This document shows, one piece after another, positions 9,800 to 18,200 of a stretch of 64,000 nt of DNA. Position 1 is the first letter of the stretch. Every line of letters starts with the position of its first letter. The stretch is taken from sequence record NC_019521.1. One strand, written 5' to 3'. The position numbers and the translations under genes were made by a program. Below the pieces are notes generated by a model. The model was not told where the DNA came from. It did no database searches and saw only the letters and a list, made by a program, of their open reading frames with translations.

Positions 9800-10351
9800 A
9801 TGTCTAGAGAAAGAATTCCATTTGGTGCACAATTAGAAGTAACCGTTGCAGCACCACCAATATACGGTTCACAGGTTGCAAATATGTCAGAACTTACAAC
9901 AATAGCAGCTAAGAATGCATATTTACATAAAGTTGTTTGGGTTATATCTGAGAAAGGTTATTACTATTTATCGGCAGGTAATGGTACTAATTTGAATCAA
10001 TGGTTACCTGTAAGTATCGGAGGTATTCTAGAATATCAAAACAAAGTATATCAAAAAGGTGAAGGTGTAATTCAAAACAGTAAAGTCTACATAGCTTTAG
10101 ACAACATTGGATTAGGTGAAGACCCTGTAAACGCTCCGACTAAATGGTTATCTATTTCAGATGTTAGGTTCAATAAACAAAGTTTTACTAACGTTACTGA
10201 AGTAACTGTTACGACACCTTACGATAATCCTTCTGTTCATGTATATGATGAAAACGATAATGAAGTTTCAGCTTTCGTTAATGTATCAAATGGTATCGTT
10301 AAATTAGATTTGTTTCCTGCTCTAACAGGTTACGTTATTGTTAAAGAATAA
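9800..10351 (+). CDS. Tail-associated protein with CBM5/12-like carbohydrate-binding module
   Basis: YQNKVYQKGEGVIQNSKVYIAL...DPVNAPTKW fits the chitin-binding-type module pattern. Late box at 9769. Confidence 0.5.
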   Translation: MSRERIPFGAQLEVTVAAPPIYGSQVANMSELTTIAAKNAYLHKVVWVISEKGYYYLSAGNGTNLNQWLPVSIGGILEYQNKVYQKGEGVIQNSKVYIALDNIGLGEDPVNAPTKWLSISDVRFNKQSFTNVTEVTVTTPYDNPSVHVYDENDNEVSAFVNVSNGIVKLDLFPALTGYVIVKE

Positions 10352-10354
10352 AAA

Positions 10355-13300
10355 ATGGCTCAGAAAATCAAATCAATATATCACGGTTTAGATTTACTTA
10401 AGAATGAATTGAAGAACGCTTTAGTAAAAGCTGAAGCTTCTGACCCTCATGAAATAGTAAACCTAGAACTATTAGAAAAAGCATTCTTATATGATACAGT
10501 TAAGGCTATATCAATAAAGAATGTATATTCTACAGTAGGAGGATTGACAGCTGGAACTGACGTTTCTAATAAGAACTTGAAAGAAATATTCGATTTGATA
10601 TTTTTCAATCCTAGTTCAGCTGATTACGTTTATCCTCTTATAGCTAACGGTAAGGTTACAGTTTCTAATAATAATTCAGTAGTTTCTGAAAATACATTAG
10701 GTTCTCCGATAGTTATCGAAGAATTCCTAGATTACGAAGGTGATGTAAAAGTAAAAGTTGAATTCGATTACTTACAGAATGACGGTGGTGATTTATCAAG
10801 TATCTTACTTAACGGTAATGACTTTTTAAATGATGCTATCGTTACAGGTAATAAGTATACTGTAGAAATTCCTATTAAATCTATTATTGGAAACGTAAAC
10901 AATAAAGCTGTATCATTAAGTATCGGATATGATGAAGGTCCTCAGAAAAATGACGAATCTGGTCAACCTTCTGGTACACCGATTCCATCCGGTTCTATAG
11001 TTTTCTATAGTATCGTTACATTCAATAATCTTAGTTATCCAGCGTTCTACAAAGTTTTAGAACTAAACGAATTCATAGAAGCTACATTTAATTATCAAAC
11101 AGATGGAACTTTCATAAATGGTGATAATTACGCATCAGTTCCTTCTGATAAAGTTTTAGTTATTGGTATTCCAGTTCAAGGTAATTACGCTGATAAGATT
11201 GTACTTAAAGACAATTCCAATTTTACGAATAAAACGATAAGACGTGAAATAGGAATATCAAGTTCTAATACTACCGGAATTCAGTATAAACTGTATTACT
11301 ATTTCTCTAACGAAAGTGGTAACGATTTTACTATTGGATTAGGTCCAGATTTATCTGAATTAGCATTAGACGATTCTTATGGATGGATAGGTGTTCAAGA
11401 ATCTTTAATATGTTTGAATCAAGGTGTAGACAATTCAGCAAGATATTCTCAAGCTGAATTAACATTTGGTTCTAAACTTTCTGGTTATATTTTACAGAAT
11501 ACAACGCAAGTTCCAAATACAACATCAGCTTCATGTTTAATAGGAAGTTCTGATATCGTAATTAAACTAGCCGATTTATCAACTAACAGATTTACAACAT
11601 TAAACGATTTATATCTTAACGTTAGGGACAATGTTGACGCTAGTAATCAAATAGGTCTTGGAACAGAACAAGTAATTCTGAATGGTGATAAAGTTGAAGA
11701 TCAGAATGGAAACGAATTCACTAATAAGGGATTCTCAGTATTTCAAACTGTAAATGGATATTCTGTATTAGAAATAAAATCTGACAATACTTACGACTTT
11801 CATAGATTTCCTGGAAAATCTAATCTAGTTTATGAATGGAAAGTTGTTCCATCATCAGGTACATGTCAAGTTCTTTTCGGACAAGCTACAGGTAGATTCT
11901 TGTATCAAACTCTTGAATTGTACATTGACAACATAGCTCAAGGTGAATTCAAAGACAATTTAGCATCTGATCAAGATTATGTTGAACCTTTGTATACTGC
12001 ACAATGTTTGAATATTATTCAGAATCTTGGTAAAGGTTTAGAAGATACTAATAGAAAATATACTGACAAGAATTCATGTGATTTTTCTTTATCTGATGAT
12101 ATAGCAGCTATTGGTACTGTTCCAGATGTGGATTATTATGTTTCTGGAAACAACTCATTATGCTATCAATTAGTAAACGGTGTTTATAGTTTAGCTGGAA
12201 AGGCTAATACTATTTACATAATGGTTAAGATTTCTGGAATCTATTACAAGATACTTCAAATCAATCCAGATTCATCTTGGCAGTATCATTACTATACTGA
12301 TAATTCTATAGCTTTAGTTCCAACATCTTGGGTAGGTGATGTAAGTACTGGTGTTTGTGTAATTGGTGCTAATGGTCAACCTACTGGTTATTTGAATTTT
12401 ACTGAAATCTATCTAGTATATTCCGACACAACTTTTGGTACTGAATTACCCAGTTCTAGAAAGAATAATGGTCAGGATGGTGATACTGTACCTGACGTAT
12501 TATCCGATTTATGTAAGAACAATTTACAAGACGTTGAAGATATTACCTATAACGATTTAATCGCTAAGATAAACAATTCGATTCTAGCTAGAAATAAACG
12601 TTACAGAATAATCGATTACAAAACTGTTAGTGATTGGAGTGACGGTGTTACCAGTTTAACTTTGGAATCTGATCAGATAGAACCGTTAATAGTTTTAGCT
12701 ACTTCAGTTAATACTTTAGCTCCTATTGCATATTCTGAATCATTCCCTGATGATGTAATTTACTATAATGTTTCTAATGATAGTTCTTCGTCATTGTATT
12801 ATGGCTGTACTACAGGTCATATAACTAAACGAATCGATACTATAAATAACAGTGAGTATGATTTTGATTTCAGAAATATGAAAACTGGGGTATATATGGA
12901 CGTTAATGGGGAATATCCTAATGTAATAAGTTTAGATACTTTACATAAGATAAGTAACAGTAAGATATCGTTAGCTATATCAGACTATGGGCATTTTTCA
13001 AGTAGTGGTGCTCAATGCTGTTTCATTGACTGTGTTATTGATTATAGTGAAGTAAATCTTCAAGGTGTTCCTACTATATTCGATTCAGTGGATAATATCG
13101 TTCCTACTATACGTGACAGTAAATTAACAGTATTCAGAGATATTAAACTAATGAATACTTATGTAAATGGTAAACCTACTGAAATAATTTCAGACAAACG
13201 TTTCCCATTATCATTATATGCTTGTGATATATACGCCGAAAATCTGTTTTTAGGTTATAATGCTAATTTATCTATAACTAGATTGATAGGATGGGTAGCA

Positions 13301-13501
13301 AAATCTTTATATTTATGGAGAACTCCTATAGATGCCCCGTTTTTCAAGAACGAGAATATACAAAACGCTTTTGTAACTATGTCTAAAGGAAATTCTACTA
13401 TAGAACCTGAACCATTTTCTTATACTTATACAGCTTGTATAGCTTCATACGCTAAAGCTAATAACGAAGGAGTAATTTTCAATACCGAAACAATACTTTA
13501 A
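10355..13501 (+). CDS. Large tail fibre / virion structural protein
   Basis: 1048 aa, beta-rich N/S/T/G composition, in the tail operon, with a possible beta-helical C-terminus. Confidence 0.6.
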   Translation: MAQKIKSIYHGLDLLKNELKNALVKAEASDPHEIVNLELLEKAFLYDTVKAISIKNVYSTVGGLTAGTDVSNKNLKEIFDLIFFNPSSADYVYPLIANGKVTVSNNNSVVSENTLGSPIVIEEFLDYEGDVKVKVEFDYLQNDGGDLSSILLNGNDFLNDAIVTGNKYTVEIPIKSIIGNVNNKAVSLSIGYDEGPQKNDESGQPSGTPIPSGSIVFYSIVTFNNLSYPAFYKVLELNEFIEATFNYQTDGTFINGDNYASVPSDKVLVIGIPVQGNYADKIVLKDNSNFTNKTIRREIGISSSNTTGIQYKLYYYFSNESGNDFTIGLGPDLSELALDDSYGWIGVQESLICLNQGVDNSARYSQAELTFGSKLSGYILQNTTQVPNTTSASCLIGSSDIVIKLADLSTNRFTTLNDLYLNVRDNVDASNQIGLGTEQVILNGDKVEDQNGNEFTNKGFSVFQTVNGYSVLEIKSDNTYDFHRFPGKSNLVYEWKVVPSSGTCQVLFGQATGRFLYQTLELYIDNIAQGEFKDNLASDQDYVEPLYTAQCLNIIQNLGKGLEDTNRKYTDKNSCDFSLSDDIAAIGTVPDVDYYVSGNNSLCYQLVNGVYSLAGKANTIYIMVKISGIYYKILQINPDSSWQYHYYTDNSIALVPTSWVGDVSTGVCVIGANGQPTGYLNFTEIYLVYSDTTFGTELPSSRKNNGQDGDTVPDVLSDLCKNNLQDVEDITYNDLIAKINNSILARNKRYRIIDYKTVSDWSDGVTSLTLESDQIEPLIVLATSVNTLAPIAYSESFPDDVIYYNVSNDSSSSLYYGCTTGHITKRIDTINNSEYDFDFRNMKTGVYMDVNGEYPNVISLDTLHKISNSKISLAISDYGHFSSSGAQCCFIDCVIDYSEVNLQGVPTIFDSVDNIVPTIRDSKLTVFRDIKLMNTYVNGKPTEIISDKRFPLSLYACDIYAENLFLGYNANLSITRLIGWVAKSLYLWRTPIDAPFFKNENIQNAFVTMSKGNSTIEPEPFSYTYTACIASYAKANNEGVIFNTETIL

Positions 13502-13896
13502 TGAAAGAACAAAAATACATGATAGTACAAACGGTATCAGACTTAAGTCTGATACCGTTTCATAAACGTTTCAAAGGTCTTCTAGTTTACGTTATTGACG
13601 ATAAACGTTTTTACGTTATCAAATCTAAAATAGAAGATTTCGAACCTTTTAACGCTAATAAGCAAGTTGTAGTTTCTGCTAAAGATTTCATAAATCTTAC
13701 AGTATATCATAACTTGAATGCTAGAAATATCCAAGTGCATACAATATCTGACAAAGGTGTTTCTATGGATATTTACTGGAAACTTGGTACAAGCTTCGAT
13801 ATAAATAATACAGCTAATATCGAAAATGCCATAACTCTTATGTCTGGATATCCAATAAAGGAGCTTATACATATTATAATTTTAGAACTTAACTGA
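13501..13896 (+). CDS. Tail-fibre-associated hypothetical protein
   Basis: 131 aa, stop/start coupled to the upstream fibre gene. RFKGLLVYV resembles fibre N-terminal modules. Confidence 0.55.
   Translation: MKEQKYMIVQTVSDLSLIPFHKRFKGLLVYVIDDKRFYVIKSKIEDFEPFNANKQVVVSAKDFINLTVYHNLNARNIQVHTISDKGVSMDIYWKLGTSFDINNTANIENAITLMSGYPIKELIHIIILELN
13866..13873 (+). promoter_or_regulatory. Late promoter box TATACATA
   Basis: Inside the 3' end of the upstream ORF, 34 nt before the holin-like gene. Confidence 0.5.
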
Positions 13897-13907
13897 TACA
13901 TCTACTT

Positions 13908-14525
13908 ATGGAAATAGATTTTGTCTCATCAAGTGTCACTCTTGGGGCAGTGGCTACATTTATATGGACTCAACGTTCGAAGATTCTTGCTGCAATATCA
14001 AGAGTTCTTGACATTCAGATGACAAAGTCTTTAGAAAAGAATTCAGAAATACTTACAGAAGTCTACGAATATATGAACGAAATACTTGTTGACACTTCAT
14101 CGAAAGTAACTAATGTTGCTATCGTAAAGTATCATAACGGTATGGATAAACTTACCATACATTCAAATATTCATAAAACTATGATACATGAATTATGTAG
14201 TAAGTCTGATGGTGCTTTAAAGGACATTATTCAAGATATTTCAGTAGATTCAAAAACGTTGGAATCTTTATTGAAACTTATATCGAATAACAATAAAGAG
14301 GAAGGAAAGGTTACTTTAGTCGATACTGATGATTTTGGATTATGTCAAAGAATCTATTCAGGAAAAGGTATTAAACGATACTATTCTTATTGTATATATC
14401 GTTCAACTGCTTACTATTTAGTTGTTCATATTTACACAGATTCTGACGAACATATCGAAATGGACGACTTGACAAATATGCAAGTCAATTCTATGAAGAT
14501 AGGTAAGTTATTAACGAAAAGATAA
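13908..14525 (+). CDS. Single-pass membrane protein, possible T4 gpT-like holin
   Basis: N-terminal hydrophobic helix followed by a ~170-aa soluble domain (IVKYHNG). Size and topology resemble gpT. Late box at 13866. Confidence 0.4.
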   Translation: MEIDFVSSSVTLGAVATFIWTQRSKILAAISRVLDIQMTKSLEKNSEILTEVYEYMNEILVDTSSKVTNVAIVKYHNGMDKLTIHSNIHKTMIHELCSKSDGALKDIIQDISVDSKTLESLLKLISNNNKEEGKVTLVDTDDFGLCQRIYSGKGIKRYYSYCIYRSTAYYLVVHIYTDSDEHIEMDDLTNMQVNSMKIGKLLTKR

Positions 14526-14543
14526 AAACAATAAACCTAGATT

Positions 14544-14577
14544 ACAAAAGGTCGTATGATATCATACGACCTTTTGT
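14544..14577. terminator. 34-bp perfect palindrome / terminator
   Basis: ACAAAAGGTCGTATGAT|ATCATACGACCTTTTGT. Confidence 0.7.
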
Positions 14578-14580
14578 TGT

Positions 14581-14588
14581 TATACATA
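14581..14588 (+). promoter_or_regulatory. Late promoter box TATACATA
   Basis: 25 nt before the fibre gene at 14614. Confidence 0.7.
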
Positions 14589-14613
14589 TACTGAATACTA
14601 TAATAGACAAAAC

Positions 14614-15207
14614 ATGAAAACGAATCAATATGTTACTGTAATTAACGCAAATATAGCTGAAAATGCTGGGGAGCAATCTTCACAGAGTACTGAATTGATT
14701 GAAACTGCTCAATTCGCTGGAGCTCAATGGTATAACGCACAGGTTCCAAATAATTCATTAGGTAAAAATGGAGATTATCTTATAATCACTGAAGCTATTG
14801 ATGGAACAGGATATACAAATGGAGATTTATATCGTAAAGAAAATGGAATATGGTTCTTTCAAAACTTCAACATATCTGGAGCTAAATTAACGACCTTCAA
14901 GGATATCAAAAACATATCAGCTAACGCTTATACATTATTAGAATCTGACTGGAATCCTATATTACAGTTTACGTCTAATAATTTACAAGATACTGTTGTA
15001 ACTATTCCTTTAGGATTACCTGCTAATATTCGTTTCGAAATTAGACGAATGGGTGCTTCTAAGGTTACATTAGTTGGTGCTTCAGGTGTAACATTGAGAT
15101 ATCCTCCTGAAGAATTACCAAACTTAGATAAGATTTACACGACAGCTGCTATAGAATGGACTAGCAATAATCAGTACATAGTTTACGGACACTTAGAAGT
15201 ATTATAA
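14614..15207 (+). CDS. Tail fibre-related protein
   Basis: WYNAQVPNNSLGKNGDYLI...GDLYRKENGIW fibre module. The C-terminal ANAYTLLESD...YIVYGHL domain is typical of phage fibre proteins. Confidence 0.55.
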   Translation: MKTNQYVTVINANIAENAGEQSSQSTELIETAQFAGAQWYNAQVPNNSLGKNGDYLIITEAIDGTGYTNGDLYRKENGIWFFQNFNISGAKLTTFKDIKNISANAYTLLESDWNPILQFTSNNLQDTVVTIPLGLPANIRFEIRRMGASKVTLVGASGVTLRYPPEELPNLDKIYTTAAIEWTSNNQYIVYGHLEVL

Positions 15208-15210
15208 GAA

Positions 15211-18200
15211 ATGATTTCAAGAACAATTAAAGCATCAATTGACAGGAAGCAACCGACTCCACATATTTTCAAGATAGATACTAGATTACATACATCAGGT
15301 GTGACAAATAATAGTTTTGTTTTACCTACTTCTATAACTAGTATAGTACCTGATTCTTTTACAGTAGACTGGGGGGATGGAACACCTAAAGAAAAAATAA
15401 AAGCCACTTCTACCACATTGTCATACGTTTCTCATGATTATTCAGAACCGGGTGAATATATTATTGAAATTCAAGGTGTCGTTACAAGATGGAATCATAC
15501 CCCAACAGCCGATCCGAATTTCAATGATTATAAAAGATGTGTTGTTGAAGTATTGCAATTTGGTGAAACTCTCACAAGGAGAAGTAACAACAACCCTTCA
15601 AATTTTGGAATAACATTCAATGGATATAGTAATTGTACGTTTGAGAATGTAACGGATGTACCTAAAATAAACGATCCGTTATATCCATGGAGTTTAGCAT
15701 ATTTCTTTCAGGGGTGTACCAAACTTACATTCGTAAATAACTTAGAATTGTGGAATACATCATTGGTTTTATCCATGGAGGGAATGTTCAACGGGTGTGT
15801 ATTATTCAACCAATCATTGATTTCTTTTGATGTATCTAAAGTCATGATCATGGCTTATATGTTCGCTAATTGTAAGGTATTCAATCAGAATTTAAATTCT
15901 TGGAATGTAAGTAATGTAACCACTATGCAATCTATGTTTGTAGGGTGTAGTGTTTATAACCAACCAATGAATTATTGGGATGTGGGTAAGGTGAATAATT
16001 TCAATTCGATGTTCTCAAGGTGTGTAGTATTCAATCAAGACCTAAGTACATGGAACGTATCTCAAGCAACTAACACCACAAGCATGTTTGCCGCTTGTAA
16101 TAAATTTAATTCTGATGTTAGTAATTGGAATGTCAGTAAAATGACATCAGCTAACAATATGTTTCAGGAATGCTTCGACTTCAATTCCGATGTGAGTAAC
16201 TGGGATGTTTCCAAAGTCGTTAATTTCTCATCGATGTTCATGCGGTGTAGTTCGTTCAATCGTAATCTATCAAGTTGGTCTATGGTTTCAGCAACCAATA
16301 CTTCCAATATGTTGATAGGTTGTTCAGTATTTAATTCACCAGTACCGACTGCATATTCTGATAAACTTCTGAACGTTGCGGGTATGTTCAAAAGTTGTTT
16401 GGTATTCAATCAACCAGTTAGTTTCAATAATGCAATAAACATTAATAGTGCTGATGCTATATTTGAGTTATGTGGTGAATTTAATAGTACTGTGAACATA
16501 CCTTCTGATAAAGTTACAGCATACGGGGCAGCTTTCGCTAGTTGTAGAAAGTTTAACCAACCATTAACTGGTATTAATACTACTTCAACTACTCACGCTT
16601 CTAGAATGTTTGCTAACTGTGATGTTCTTAATCAGTCTATTAGTCATTTCAATTTGAACAAATTGATATTATCTAGCAGTATGTTCTATGGTTGTTTGAA
16701 ATTTAATCAATCATTTGCTGGAAAAATGACTTCAGGTACTGTTACTAACACTAACAATATGTTCGCTAACTGTCAAGAATTTACTGGTACTGGTGTTGAA
16801 TCCTTTAACATGAGTAACGTTACTAATACTAATGGTATGTTCTTACAATGTTATGTTTTCGACGGTAACGTAAGTGGATGGAATGTTGGTAAGGTCATTG
16901 ACATGCAAGGTATGTTCCAAGACTGTTTCGTATTTGATAGAAGTCTTAGAACATGGAATGTTAGTTCTGTACAATATATTACAAAAATGTTACATAGCTG
17001 TGCTAAATTTGACAACTGGTTACCAAGTGGATTTACTAGTTTGTTAAGTATGAACAGAGAATATCCTTTGAACAAAACTTCTTATAGTGGTGATCCTATC
17101 AATATAGTTACACAGAATCCGTTATTCAATGATGAATTCATTAAGGACATGCTTGATAATTCCAAACTGAATAACAAGACTATTAATATGTTTGGTAATC
17201 AGGTAACAGAAATAGGCGAAGCCACAATAACATCAATGAATTCTAGTGGTTGGAATGTATATAACTATACTGTTCAACAGCCTATGAAACTACGTGTAAA
17301 TGCACACACTGACGGTAAATTCGCTCTTCCAATATTATGGATGAGACGTTCTGATATACAAGTAATCATTAACATTGATACTCAGGACTTTGACTCATTC
17401 TTACCAGAAAAACAAACATTCAAGTGGATAGCACCAAATAAAAACATAGTTTCACCGACAGTAAACATAAAAAATAGTGACCCACTTGCTGATGAAATGG
17501 CATTAGGTACAGGTGTTACTGATGAGGTGATCCATGTGTACGGTAAACTTTCCACATTTGGTGAATATTCAATGTATTCAGGTACTATGAATCAAAAAGG
17601 TAAGTTGATACAATATATTGATGACTGGGGTGAGATGTTAAGATTCGGTAACGTTTCAATGTATGGGATGATCAATTTAAAAGCAATACCTGCATTCAAA
17701 CCAAATACTAGGGTTTGGAATTGTAAGTATATGTTCTCTGAAATCAAATTCAATTTTGATGTCAGTGGATTAGATACTTCATTATCTAAAAACATGTCGA
17801 ATATGTTTAGAGATTGTTGGGCTTTTAATAACCCGGTGAATTTCAACACTAGTAATGTAACTGATATGTCTAACATGTTCCTTAGAAGTTCAGTATTCAA
17901 TCAATCTGTTAATTTCGATACAAGTAATGTTACTAGTATGTTGAATATGTTCTATGGAAGTACTGCCTTTAACAAACCAGTAAATTTCAACACTAGTAAT
18001 GTAACTGACATGTATCAAATGTTTTATGACTGTTCATCATTTAATAGTTCTATTACTTTTTCTGATACTAGTAAAGTAACTAATATGTCAAGCATGTTCA
18101 GAAATTGCACTGTTTTTAATCAACTAGTAAATTTCAACACTGTTAATGTAACAAATATGTCCACTATGTTTGGTAGTTGTGTCATATTCGATCAGTCAAT

